Shown piece after piece: positions 19,322-29,133 of a stretch of DNA of 64,000 nt (position 1 is the stretch's first letter; each line of letters opens with the position of its first letter). The DNA lies in contig JBHELB010000071.1 of assembly GCA_041859045.1 (NCBI GenBank), positions 19,601-83,600 of the forward strand, written 5' to 3'. Both the position numbers and the translations under genes were made by a program. This stretch comes from Candidatus Hydrogenedentales bacterium. GTDB lineage: Bacteria > Hydrogenedentota > Hydrogenedentia > Hydrogenedentales > SLHB01. A model generated the notes under the pieces. That model ran no database searches and was not told the origin of the DNA. It worked only from the letters and a program-made list of their open reading frames with translations.

Positions 19322-22300
19322 GCGCGCAACGTCGCGGACGGGTTCACAAGACATGCATGCGTGGCGTGCACGACAACTTCGCCGTCGTGCGGCGTCTGGC
19401 AATGAAGATACACGTCGCACTTGCCCGGATTTTCGCCAAGCAGTTCGGCCAAGGACTTGAGCGTGATGTCGTCCACCGTCGCGGTATTGATGCGGATATG
19501 CGTCGCGCGCGTGAATTTTTCCTCCGCCTCTTCAATGGGGAAGATGTCTTGCGCGAGCAGTGATACTTCGTCGTTGCGGTGATTCGCCTTCGCGGGAATG
19601 ATGACGATCATTTCCGAGACGAGCAAGCCCGCCCGCTGTTCATAGATGTCCGAGAACACGGTGAGTTCGCACGAGCCTTCGAGCGTTTCCAGTGTGATGA
19701 AGGCCATCTTCTTGCCGCGCTGCGTCGTGTAGTGCTTTACGTTCGAAATCATGCCCCCCAGCACGACTTCCTGGTTCTCGCGCAGCGACGGAATATCGGC
19801 GATTCCCGCGCTGGTAAAACGCTCCAGCGTCTTGCTGTGTTTGGCCAGTGGGTGACTGCTTACGTAGAGTCCAAGCATTTCCTTTTCGAAGGCGAGCAGT
19901 TCGCCCTCAGGCCATTCGGGAACATCCGGTTTCTGGCGTTCGACCGGCGCGCCGGCATCGGCGACGAGATCGAACAACGAAGTTTGCCCGGAATCGCGTT
20001 CGCGCTGGCTCAGTTGGCCTTCGCCCAGCGCCGCGTCGAGACTGTCTTCGACTTGCCGCCGCCCCCAGCCTGTGCTGGCGAACGCGCCCGCGCGGTTCAG
20101 ACTTTCGATCACGCGTCGATTCACCTGGCGCGAGTCGATGCGCGTACAGAAGTCAAAGATGTCCTTGAACGGACCGTTGGCGTCGCGTTCGGCGATGATG
20201 GCCACGACGGCGTTCTCACCCACATTCTTGATTCCCGCCATCCCAAAGCGGATTCTGTCGCCCTCGACCGCGAACGCTCTGTCGCTGGAATTGACGTCGG
20301 GCGGAAGCACCTCGATGCCGAGGCGGCGGCATTCCTCGACGTAGACACCCGTCTTGTCCAAGTTGCCCGATTCGCTGGAGAGCAACGCGGCCATGAACTC
20401 CGCGGGGTAGTTGGCTTTGAGAAACGCCGTCTGATACGCCACGACGGCGTAGGCCATGCTGTGGCTCTTGTTGAACCCGTATCCCGCGAACTGTTCGATC
20501 TTTTGAAACAGTAGATCGGCGGTCTTCGTGTCGATGCCGTTCTTCTTCGCGCCCTCGACAAACAGATCGCGCTGCTGCGCCATGAGGTCGGCTTTTTTCT
20601 TTCCCATGGCCCGGCGCAGGATATCGGCTTGGCCGAGAGTGAATCCCGCCACGGCTTGCACGACCTGCATCACCTGCTCTTGATACAACGCGACACCATA
20701 GGTCTCGCGCAGGATCGGCTCGAGCAGCGGATGGTCGTACACGAGCTTCGAGGAATCGTGTTTGCACGCGATGTACTGATCCTTGAGCTGCATCGGGCCG
20801 GGGCGATACAAGGCGATCAACGCGCAGATTTCTTCAATACTCTCCAAGCCGATGCGCTTGGCCAGATCGCGCATGCCCGAACTTTCCAACTGAAACACGC
20901 CCATCGTCTGACCGGAGCGCAGCAACGCATACGTCTTACGATCGGTAGGCTCGAGATTGTCGATGTCGATCGTGATACCGCGGTTCTGTTTCACAAACCG
21001 CACGGCATCATGCACGACCGTCAACGTGCGCAAACCGAGGAAGTCCATCTTGAGCAGACCGACTTCTTCCACGCCCTTCATCTCGACCTGCGTGGCCACG
21101 ATATCGCTGCCCGCGGCCTGAAAGAGCGCCACGTGATTCGTCAACGGCTCGTCGCAGATCACCACGCCTGCCGCGTGGGTACCGGTCGTGCCGATCGTGC
21201 CTTCGAGGCGCGTGGCGAGCGACCACAGCCGCGCGATGGTCGAGTCTTCCTTCACCAAACGCTGAATTTCCGGCTCGCGCTCGTAGGCGTCTTTCAATTT
21301 GATTTTGAGTTCATCCGGCACGAGTTTGGCGATGCGGTCGACGTCGGCATAGCTCATGCCCAGCACGCGGCCCACGTTGCGCACCGCTTGTTTGGCCAGC
21401 ATCCGGCCAAACGTGATGATCTGGCTGACGTTGTCCGAGCCGTACTTCTCGCGCACATACTCGATCACTTCGCCGCGGCGCGTGTAGCAGAAATCGAGAT
21501 CGAAATCAGGCATCGACACGCGCTCGGGGTTCAGGAAACGTTCGAACAGAAGCCCGTAACGCAACGGGTCGACGTTGGTGATGCGCAACGCGTACGCCAC
21601 CAAGCTCCCCGCGCCCGAACCGCGCCCCGGCCCCACGGGAATCCCCTTGCTGCGCGCATGCGCGATCAGATCCCACACGACCAGGAAGTAGTCGACGAAG
21701 CCCATCTGCTCGATAACGCCAAGCTCATAGTCCGCGCGGGCGATATGCTCCGGCAATGGTGCGCCGTTATAGCGTTCCTCGAGCCCAAGTCTCACGAGGT
21801 CGCGCAGATACTGCTCGGGCGCGAGCCCCTCCGGCGGGACAAACTTCGGAATGAGGTGCTTGTGCAGCGGCAGATCGCAATTGCAGCGGTCCGCCACTTT
21901 CTCCGTATTCGAGATTGCTTCCGGCCATTCCGGAAACTTCGCGCGCATTTCGTCCGGACTCGCGAAGTAAAACTGGTTGGTCTCGAACTTAAAGCGCTTC
22001 TCGTCGTTCAGATTCGCATTGGTTTGAATCGCGAGCAACGCCTCGTGCGCTTCCGAATCTTCGCGATCGGTGTAATGGCAGTCGTTCGTGGCGATCAGCA
22101 TGAGGCCGTGCCGCTGCGCGAGCTGCGCCAACAGCGGATTGACCCGCTGCTGCTCCGGCAGACCATGGTCCATCAACTCAATCAGGAAATGGTCGCGTCC
22201 GAAGATATCGAGATAGCGTTTGACCGCCGCTTCCGCGCCGTCAAGATCGTTCTTGAGCAAACGCTGAGGAATCTCGCCCGCCAGGCACGCGCTTGTGGCG

Positions 22301-22704
22301 ATTAAACCTTCCTTGTGTCGTGCGAGCAGATCGAGATCGATGCGCGGGCGATAGTGGAAGCCTTCCGTATAGCCGAGCGTGCTCAGGCGACAGAGATTAT
22401 GGTAGCCCTCTTCGTTCTCGCACAGCAGAAGACAATGGGTGTATCCCGAGCCGGTGCTTCGCGCCTGGCGTTCGAAACGGCTGCCTTTGGCGACATACAG
22501 TTCCGAACCGATGATGGGCTTGATGCCCGCGCGCTTGGCGGTGGTGTAGAAATCCACCGCGCCAAACAGCGAGCCGTGGTCCGTCAGCGCGCAGGCCCGC
22601 ATCCCGTATTCTTTGCAGCGCGCGACAAGGTCCTGCACCTTGCTTGCGCCGTCCAACACGCTGTATTCGCTGTGAACGTGGAGATGAACAAACCCCGCAC
22701 TCAT
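19243..22704 (-). CDS. dnaE: DNA polymerase III subunit alpha
   Basis: 1153 aa. N-terminal PHP domain FVHLHVHSEYSVLDG. Polymerase core motifs GPGRGSGAGSLVAYALRITNVDPL and DFDLDF. OB-fold C-terminus. Confidence 0.97.
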   Translation of the reverse strand: MSAGFVHLHVHSEYSVLDGASKVQDLVARCKEYGMRACALTDHGSLFGAVDFYTTAKRAGIKPIIGSELYVAKGSRFERQARSTGSGYTHCLLLCENEEGYHNLCRLSTLGYTEGFHYRPRIDLDLLARHKEGLIATSACLAGEIPQRLLKNDLDGAEAAVKRYLDIFGRDHFLIELMDHGLPEQQRVNPLLAQLAQRHGLMLIATNDCHYTDREDSEAHEALLAIQTNANLNDEKRFKFETNQFYFASPDEMRAKFPEWPEAISNTEKVADRCNCDLPLHKHLIPKFVPPEGLAPEQYLRDLVRLGLEERYNGAPLPEHIARADYELGVIEQMGFVDYFLVVWDLIAHARSKGIPVGPGRGSGAGSLVAYALRITNVDPLRYGLLFERFLNPERVSMPDFDLDFCYTRRGEVIEYVREKYGSDNVSQIITFGRMLAKQAVRNVGRVLGMSYADVDRIAKLVPDELKIKLKDAYEREPEIQRLVKEDSTIARLWSLATRLEGTIGTTGTHAAGVVICDEPLTNHVALFQAAGSDIVATQVEMKGVEEVGLLKMDFLGLRTLTVVHDAVRFVKQNRGITIDIDNLEPTDRKTYALLRSGQTMGVFQLESSGMRDLAKRIGLESIEEICALIALYRPGPMQLKDQYIACKHDSSKLVYDHPLLEPILRETYGVALYQEQVMQVVQAVAGFTLGQADILRRAMGKKKADLMAQQRDLFVEGAKKNGIDTKTADLLFQKIEQFAGYGFNKSHSMAYAVVAYQTAFLKANYPAEFMAALLSSESGNLDKTGVYVEECRRLGIEVLPPDVNSSDRAFAVEGDRIRFGMAGIKNVGENAVVAIIAERDANGPFKDIFDFCTRIDSRQVNRRVIESLNRAGAFASTGWGRRQVEDSLDAALGEGQLSQRERDSGQTSLFDLVADAGAPVERQKPDVPEWPEGELLAFEKEMLGLYVSSHPLAKHSKTLERFTSAGIADIPSLRENQEVVLGGMISNVKHYTTQRGKKMAFITLETLEGSCELTVFSDIYEQRAGLLVSEMIVIIPAKANHRNDEVSLLAQDIFPIEEAEEKFTRATHIRINTATVDDITLKSLAELLGENPGKCDVYLHCQTPHDGEVVVHATHACLVNPSATLRAKVATLLNDDEAVWCSLGNNLPRHEG

Positions 22705-23183
22705 GAAATAATACCCTCGAGCAGTTTCAACGCGGCCTCCGCGGTCTGCGCCTTGATTTCATCCCTTGTTCCCGGGAACACGCACCGCTGCACCGCTGTT
22801 CCCCCCGGCCTCGCCGCCGCGAGGTAGACCAGCCCCACCGGTTTCTCCGGCGTCCCGCCGCCGGGTCCGGCGATTCCCGTCACGCCCACGCCGTAGTCCG
22901 CGCCCGTCAGTTCGCGCACGCCCTCGGCCATCTGCCGCGCCACCGGCTCGCTCACCGCGCCGTGCTCATTCAATACCGCCGGGGCCACGCGCAGCAACGC
23001 GGTCTTCAGCGCATTGCTATACGCCACTACGCCGCCCAGATAAACCTCCGAAATCCCCGCAATACTTGTCAACCGGTGCGCAATGAGACCGCCTGAACAC
23101 GACTCCGCCGTCGCCAACGTCGCTTGACGCGCGAGCAGGCGTGCGAAAACCGTCTCTTCAGTGCGCGAATAGGGTGTTGTCAT
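22701..23183 (-). CDS. CinA-family nicotinamide-nucleotide amidohydrolase (PncC-like, C-terminal-domain-only form)
   Basis: Start set at ATG 23183 (MTTPYSRTEE...). ATAESCSGGLIAHRLTSIAGISEVYLGGVVAYSN is the CinA/PncC signature. ATGA overlap with the dnaE start. Confidence 0.85.
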   Translation of the reverse strand: MTTPYSRTEETVFARLLARQATLATAESCSGGLIAHRLTSIAGISEVYLGGVVAYSNALKTALLRVAPAVLNEHGAVSEPVARQMAEGVRELTGADYGVGVTGIAGPGGGTPEKPVGLVYLAAARPGGTAVQRCVFPGTRDEIKAQTAEAALKLLEGIIS

Positions 23184-23464
23184 GGGGCACTCCGCAGTTG
23201 CGCCTACCCTACCACGCGGGCCGTTAGTGGGGCAACCGCTCTCTCTTACGGAAATCGGGGAATTTTTCGCAGAAGGCACTTGCAAATCATGGAAATTATT
23301 CGTAGTATAAGGGGTGGAAGGGCTTGGCGTGCTCCTTTCCGCCTATTTCAAGTTCGGTAATCTCGTCTCGAAGTTACTCGACAGCGCCTTTTGATGCACA
23401 CCGTTCGTATAGGGCGCAGGGCTGGCCTTGGGCCAAATGCATGATGGATCTGTGAGGATAGGCC

Positions 23465-24550
23465 ATGACGATTGAAGCGGTTGAGAAATTTTTGGCTGTG
23501 GGGGCAGTCGCTACGCTGAACTCTAATCCCGGCGCCGCCGAAGGACAGCGTTTTCGAACCGCCATTCGCGGATGGAAGCGCGGAGAATACATTATCCTTG
23601 ATAAACCGTCGGGCGACGCGGGCATTCTCAATCTGCGAGAACACCAACACTGCGTGGTTCATTTTTTTTCGGAAGGCATGGCCTGCGGGTTCGACGCGGA
23701 GATTCTCGACGGCCTTCGGTTGACGCGCGGCATGGAATTCAGCGTATCCTGGCCCGCGCGCATCCACTCCACTCCCGTCCGAAAGTTTGAGCGGGTCAAG
23801 ATGTCTTTACCTTGCTCGCTAACGGACGACCGCGGCACCTCCTGCGCAGGCGAAGTTCAGGACCTCAGCGAAGGCGGCTGTTTGGTTCGCGCGAATATCC
23901 CGTTCGCCAAGGGGGCCATTCTTACCCTGCGCATCACGCTGCCCGACGGCGTTGTTCTTGAGAATATGCATGCCGAAGTCCGCAACGTCCGCCTGGCCAG
24001 CGAAGGCGCGATGGTGGGCTGCGCCTTCCGCGAGCTCACCGCCGACATGCGGGGAGCCATTGGATTTCACGTCTCCTCCGCCTTCGCGCACATGCGCGAG
24101 ACCCACGACGCCGTCCGGCGCGTGCTCCTGCTTCAGGAAACCAAGGAAAGCACCCCGGCGCTCACGCAAGGCGTAACTCGGCACCGCTGGGAACTGGTCT
24201 CCGCCGTGGGCCTCGTCGAAGGGCTCTACCGGTTTCAGTTACTTCACCCCCAGGTCCTGCTGGTGGACCACCGCCTTCAGCCCGATGCGGCTGGAATCGC
24301 GGCGGCCGTCCTGAAGTCCCACAGTGCGGAAAATGTATTGGTGTTTCTCTACGGCGGCCCCGCCGCAGAGATGAAGCCACTTGCCGAGCAGGCCGGGCTG
24401 AGCGGACATGTGCCCGCCGAACTGGACCCGGCGAGACTGGACAGTGGTTTATTGGAGACGACGCTTCGCGGAAAGGCCGGGAACGCGCCGGCCAACCCCG
24501 CCGCACCACCCACCCTGTCCGCCGATAAGTACAACAACGCATACGACTAG
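23465..24550 (+). CDS. PilZ-domain c-di-GMP receptor (YcgR-like N-domain + PilZ + receiver-like C-terminal region)
   Basis: PilZ motifs RKFERV (RxxxR) and DLSEGG (D/NxSxxG). The N-terminal ~100 aa resemble the YcgR-type PilZN domain. The C-terminal RVLLLQE...VLLVDHRL pattern looks like a divergent receiver. Confidence 0.7.
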   Translation: MTIEAVEKFLAVGAVATLNSNPGAAEGQRFRTAIRGWKRGEYIILDKPSGDAGILNLREHQHCVVHFFSEGMACGFDAEILDGLRLTRGMEFSVSWPARIHSTPVRKFERVKMSLPCSLTDDRGTSCAGEVQDLSEGGCLVRANIPFAKGAILTLRITLPDGVVLENMHAEVRNVRLASEGAMVGCAFRELTADMRGAIGFHVSSAFAHMRETHDAVRRVLLLQETKESTPALTQGVTRHRWELVSAVGLVEGLYRFQLLHPQVLLVDHRLQPDAAGIAAAVLKSHSAENVLVFLYGGPAAEMKPLAEQAGLSGHVPAELDPARLDSGLLETTLRGKAGNAPANPAAPPTLSADKYNNAYD

Positions 24551-24612
24551 AGTATTTTCACAGAGAATGCCTACGGTGCGTCCGCCAAAGCGGCGTGGTG
24601 AAAATGCTCTAG
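24547..24612. repeat. Palindromic element, copy A (arms ctagagtattttcac / gtgaaaatgctctag)
   Basis: 15-nt inverted arms (14/15 complementary) are separated by 36 nt. It starts at the stop codon of the PilZ gene. The right arm tgaaaatgcTctag is nearly identical to tgaaaatgcGctag of copy B at 30909-30922. Confidence 0.6.
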
Positions 24613-24794
24613 TGTCGGAGACCGTAGGTATAAAAACGCAAAACGCCCTAGCGGACACTAAGTAAAAGTATAGCCGCTTGGCGTTGCGCAGTTTTTGAAG
24701 TGCGCTAAACGCCTCCTGTAGCGCTGGACACCCAAAATCGAGTTGCGTTTTCTGCGCCCCGATCGCATACTGCGGTGGCGTAGGGGAACTCGCA

Positions 24795-25655
24795 ATGAGG
24801 AATAAAGAAGCGACAGCGCTGTTCAAGGAAGCGGATGACCTCTATCGTCAGGGCAAAGCCGCTGAGGCGCTCGAGGTTCTTACGCGCCTCGATACCGCCT
24901 TTCCGAATTCTAGAAATATCCTCTACCCCAAGGCGCTATGCCTCTACGATCTCGGTCGCACAGACGAAGCACGCCGGGTGTGTGACGTGTTACTCACAAA
25001 ATTCCGTGATTCGCGCGCCGAGCAATTGGTCCAAAAAATGACGGCACGAGCCGCCAACGCCGCAATGGACCCGATGGCCGATCTCATGACTCTCAATATC
25101 CTCGACGACGAGCCAAGACATGCCGCGCCGGCCAAACACCCGCCCGCTCCTCGAACGGTTTCCCTGCGGGATCGCCTCGTCTGGCCGGTAACCATCCTGA
25201 TCTTGGCGGCAATACTCGTGTTTGCGTTCGCGAACAGCACCGCCATTACTAAGGAATTCCGGGGTCTTCAGGCGGCTTCGTTCGAGGAACAGCAGAAAGA
25301 ATCGCCCGATCAAGCCCGCCTGGAACAGATCGGAATGGCCCTCTTTGGGCTCATTCCCAAAGCGTTTCTCGGGTATCTCGTGTTCATGATCGCCAAGGAC
25401 TTTGTCGCACTCTATCTCGTGCTGCACATCACCGATAAACTCCCCGAAACCGATACCGAAGACAATCTGAAGAATGTCGGATTGATGGCGCTGATCTTCG
25501 CGCTGCTTTCGATAGGCCTTTGCATGGGCACGATCGGCAAAGTCATCATCCTCAAGAAAAGGTACGAACTCAATTTTGGCGAGATCTCGATTTGGGTTGG
25601 AATTTCGCTAGGACTCTTTGTCGTCTTTGACGTTGCTGCGTGGATCTTCGTCTGA
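24795..25655 (+). CDS. TPR-like N-domain membrane protein (function unknown)
   Basis: N-terminal TPR-like helices (EADDLYRQGKAAEALEVL...ALCLYDLGRTDEARRV) followed by 3-4 hydrophobic helices. Confidence 0.5.
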   Translation: MRNKEATALFKEADDLYRQGKAAEALEVLTRLDTAFPNSRNILYPKALCLYDLGRTDEARRVCDVLLTKFRDSRAEQLVQKMTARAANAAMDPMADLMTLNILDDEPRHAAPAKHPPAPRTVSLRDRLVWPVTILILAAILVFAFANSTAITKEFRGLQAASFEEQQKESPDQARLEQIGMALFGLIPKAFLGYLVFMIAKDFVALYLVLHITDKLPETDTEDNLKNVGLMALIFALLSIGLCMGTIGKVIILKKRYELNFGEISIWVGISLGLFVVFDVAAWIFV

Positions 25656-25698
25656 TAGGGCGTTTGCTCTCTCTCTTGGAGAGGAGCGGAGGTGCGGT

Positions 25699-26958
25699 AT
25701 GACCCAAACGCGCGGACCGGGCGAGCGTCGTTGGCATTATTCACGCGAGGGGAAGACAGCCGGCCCTGTTTCCAGTGCCGATCTGCGTACGCTGTACGAC
25801 GAGGGACATCTGCTCGACACCGACTACCTCTGGTCGCCGCCGATGGCCTCGTGGCAACCGGTGGGCGAACTGCGCAACGTCTTTCTTGCGTCCAGCGCCC
25901 CTCATCCGGAACCGCTCGCGCCGCCCCCCGAGCCGATATCCTATCTTGAGCCGCCCGAGCCCTGGGAGCGGCCGCCAGTGGAATCGGAACTGCTCATCTA
26001 CGCCCCCTTTGGATTGCGTGTTTGGGCGGGGTTCATCGATTTCCTCGCGACCGGAGTCGTTCTCTTCGCGATTCTGCTGCTGTTCAACCGCGCGCTGCCC
26101 ACCGTACCCACGCCCGCGCAGGCGGCGCTCTTCGCGCTGTCCGCGTTGTTCCCCGTGGCCGTGATGTTCTGGATCTACTTCGCTGTGGCCGAGGCCCGCG
26201 TCGGGCAAACGCTGGGGATGCACATCGCGGGGCTGAGCGTCCGCGATGCGACGTATCGGACGATCACACTGCGCCGCGCCACCGCGCGTCTGGCCGCACG
26301 CGTCGCGCTCACCGCACTGTTTCCCCCGGGCCTGTTCTTTCCGCTGTTCACCCGACGCAAGCAGGCGCTCCACGATATCCTCGCGGGGTGCGTGGTGTTG
26401 CGCCAACAGTTCGAGTTTGCCCGGACCCGGAGTCAGGCGCTTCGTCCCCGGCTGTCGCGGCGCCTGATTGCCGCGGCGCTGGACGGAACACTGGTGTTCA
26501 TCGTACTCAGCGTGGGAGTGCCCATTCTTGGCGCATTCGCAAATCCTCTCGGCGATCGCCCCGGCCAATCGCCCGCAGGCACGTGGTTTCCCATTCTGCG
26601 GGAGATCGCGACCTTCGTGTGCATCACCGCGTACTTCACCGCTACCGAGCGACGCAGCGGCGCATCGCCCGGGAAAACCTTCATGGCCCTGCGCGTCGTC
26701 GAATCCGGTTACGCGCGCTATTCCACCGCCCACGCTCTGGTTCGCAATGCCACGAAGGCGGGCCTTGTCGTTGCCGCCGTCGCGTGCATGCGCCTGTTCG
26801 CCCGTTCCCAGCAGTACGCCGATCCCCTGGCGGTGCAGACGTTGTCGGCCATCGCCGCCGCAGTCCTGATTCTCGCCCTGGTTCCCCTGTGGACACGCAG
26901 TCCTCGCAGCCTCCCAGACCTCCTGGCGGCGTGTAAAGTCGTTCGCTCAAGGGCGTAA
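25699..26958 (+). CDS. GYF_2 (DUF4339)-domain plus double RDD-domain membrane protein
   Basis: Start set at ATG 25699 (GGAGG RBS). WHYSREGKTAGPVSSADLRTLYDEGHLLDTDYLWSPPMASWQPVGEL matches the GYF_2 pattern. Two RDD-like membrane modules follow (YAPFGLRVWAGFIDFL...; RRLIAAALDGTLVF...). Confidence 0.6.
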   Translation: MTQTRGPGERRWHYSREGKTAGPVSSADLRTLYDEGHLLDTDYLWSPPMASWQPVGELRNVFLASSAPHPEPLAPPPEPISYLEPPEPWERPPVESELLIYAPFGLRVWAGFIDFLATGVVLFAILLLFNRALPTVPTPAQAALFALSALFPVAVMFWIYFAVAEARVGQTLGMHIAGLSVRDATYRTITLRRATARLAARVALTALFPPGLFFPLFTRRKQALHDILAGCVVLRQQFEFARTRSQALRPRLSRRLIAAALDGTLVFIVLSVGVPILGAFANPLGDRPGQSPAGTWFPILREIATFVCITAYFTATERRSGASPGKTFMALRVVESGYARYSTAHALVRNATKAGLVVAAVACMRLFARSQQYADPLAVQTLSAIAAAVLILALVPLWTRSPRSLPDLLAACKVVRSRA

Positions 26959-27115
26959 TCGTGCCGCTTTTTTCATTGCGGACCGCCGCTTTACTCGGCA
27001 TAATGCTTAAGCAGGTTCTTCACACGAGTCTTACGAGGGGGCAATTCCGCGGTATTGACCGGTAGCCGGCTTTTCCTTGAGTTCGCGGGAAGAGCGAATA
27101 GGAGGAGAGAAACCG

Positions 27116-28927
27116 ATGAGCATATTACGCAAGATGGTCATGATGGCGGGAACCAGCGTCCTGATTCTGGTTGTGATGGTGGGTCTGGGGTACTACGAAT
27201 TGAACTCACTCCGCCAGAACATGGAGCGGGTCGTGGGGCAGGGGTTTGTGCCGTTGATCGAAAATGACATCCTCCCCTTCCTCAAGGACGATGTCCTCAC
27301 ACTAATTAACACGGATTTTCCCAGGGTGTCGGCCCTCAACACCAGTTGGGTCCTCATGTTGGAGGCCGACCGCGACGTACACCAGGCCATCATCGCGGAG
27401 AAAGAGGCCTTGGCCGCCTCGGGCGGGGCTGACCTCATGGCCAAAGCGGACAAAGACAACGCGGAGAACATCGAGCAAGCCGAAGCGAGAATGAAAAAGG
27501 CTTCGGCGACTTTCGAATCGCCGGAAGCCAAGGAGCTTTACGCAAAATTCGAGCAGTCCTTCGCCACATGGAAGGAGCAGTCCCGCGGCGTGGTGAAGGC
27601 GGCCGCCGCGCAGACGTCTGGAACGCAAACGACCGACCGCGGCGGCGACGCCAGCAGCTTTCAGGTGATGCGCGCGTTTATCGACCAGTTGCAGGAAGAG
27701 ACGGAGAAGGAACTCAAGGCGATCGAGGAACACGTTCAGACAAAGAACAAACTGGTGAATGATCGCGAAACGGATATCAGCAATAAAAAAGCGGCTGCCG
27801 TCGAAGTCATGGCGCACGCGGACAAGGAGTCCTTTCGCGGGATTCTGATCTTCCTCGTCTTCGGCGTTGTCTTTAGCGCGTTGGGTATTGTGCAGGCCTC
27901 CTGGATCACCAAGTCCATCACGGGGCCGCTCAAGCGCATTATCGCCGGGCTCGCGTACGGCGCGTCGCAGGTGGCGGCGGCCGCAAGGCAAGTGGCGGGC
28001 TCCAGCCAGCAAATGGCGGAAGGGGCGAGCACACAAGCATCGAGTCTCGAAGAGACATCGGCCACGCTGGAGGAACTGACCTCGCAGACGCGTCAGAACG
28101 CGGCCAACGCCGAACAAGCCAATACAATGGCCGCCTCCGCGCGCGACGCCGCCCAGCGGGGGACGCACGCCATGGCGCAAATGGTCGAGGCGATCAACAA
28201 GATCCGCGCCTCGGCGAATGACACCGCCAAAATTATCCGCACGATCGACGAGATCGCTTTCCAGACCAATCTGCTCGCGCTGAACGCCGCCGTCGAGGCG
28301 GCCCGCGCCGGGGAGGCCGGAAAAGGGTTTGCCGTGGTGGCCGAAGAAGTGCGCAACCTCGCGCAACGCAGCGCGGAAGCCGCGAGAAACACCACAGGGC
28401 TGATCGAAGATTCGCAGCGAAATTCCGAGAGCGGCGTGAAGGCCAGCGAACAAGTGGCCCAAATTCTCACGGAAATCGCGAATGTCGCCGCCAAAGTCAC
28501 GGAAGTGAACGCCGAGGTATCGACGGCCACCCGCGAGCAGGCGCAGGGAATCGAGCAAATCAACATCGTGGTCTCGCAGATGGATCAGTTGACGCAGTCC
28601 AACGCGGCAAGCTCCGAGGAAGCCGCCTCCGCCAGCGAGGAACTCTCTGGACAAGCCGTGGAGCTGAATCATGTCGTGGACCAGCTTCAATCGCTGATCA
28701 GCGGCAACGACCGGCGCAGCGCGGGGGACGAAACCGCTCACGAACAGCGTCGGACGCCTTTGTCCGGCCCCAAGCGGCAACCCCCTGTTGCCGCTCGTCG
28801 AATCGGCGCCCCGTCCGCGGCAACATCCCTTGCGGAACGCCGCGCGTCCGGAGGCGATTCAGGGTCCCATGTAGTGAGACCGGAAACGGTTATCCCGCTC
28901 GACGACGGCGAACTCGACGATATCTAG
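27116..28927 (+). CDS. Methyl-accepting chemotaxis protein
   Basis: Start at ATG 27116 (AGGAGGAG RBS). TM, helical periplasmic sensor, TM, HAMP, then the invariant signalling hairpin [42 protein letters not shown]. Confidence 0.92.
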   Translation: MSILRKMVMMAGTSVLILVVMVGLGYYELNSLRQNMERVVGQGFVPLIENDILPFLKDDVLTLINTDFPRVSALNTSWVLMLEADRDVHQAIIAEKEALAASGGADLMAKADKDNAENIEQAEARMKKASATFESPEAKELYAKFEQSFATWKEQSRGVVKAAAAQTSGTQTTDRGGDASSFQVMRAFIDQLQEETEKELKAIEEHVQTKNKLVNDRETDISNKKAAAVEVMAHADKESFRGILIFLVFGVVFSALGIVQASWITKSITGPLKRIIAGLAYGASQVAAAARQVAGSSQQMAEGASTQASSLEETSATLEELTSQTRQNAANAEQANTMAASARDAAQRGTHAMAQMVEAINKIRASANDTAKIIRTIDEIAFQTNLLALNAAVEAARAGEAGKGFAVVAEEVRNLAQRSAEAARNTTGLIEDSQRNSESGVKASEQVAQILTEIANVAAKVTEVNAEVSTATREQAQGIEQINIVVSQMDQLTQSNAASSEEAASASEELSGQAVELNHVVDQLQSLISGNDRRSAGDETAHEQRRTPLSGPKRQPPVAARRIGAPSAATSLAERRASGGDSGSHVVRPETVIPLDDGELDDI

Positions 28928-29133
28928 CCCAAGCGTTTTCCCATGCTTGGCGTATCGCGCGAGTTGTAGCAACGCGAAGCCCCACAGGAATGTTGCTGCG
29001 CCGTTGAATTGCGCCGGGTTTTCCTCAAAGTTCGAAATCCGCTCCCGGGATCGGCTACAATTACCGACCCTCGAAGGGGTGAAGTAGCCCGTTCAGGGGG
29101 TGAACAGGTCTCGTCATTTCAGGAGATACCGAC

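Noticed and set aside
20629-22305. 558-aa plus-strand ORF (and 19579-20514, 311 aa)
   Set aside because: Both lie entirely inside dnaE on the opposite strand. dnaE has unmistakable motifs, while these are Arg/His-rich shadows.
27302-28780. 492-aa minus-strand ORF
   Set aside because: Antisense to the MCP gene, whose signalling hairpin motif is unambiguous.
28928-29133. Lysine riboswitch upstream of dapA
   Set aside because: The 205-nt leader has a few hairpins (ccaagc/gcttgg, gcaac/gttgc). It lacks the AGAGGUGC start and the conserved L-box helices as far as I can judge by eye. An Rfam scan would settle it.
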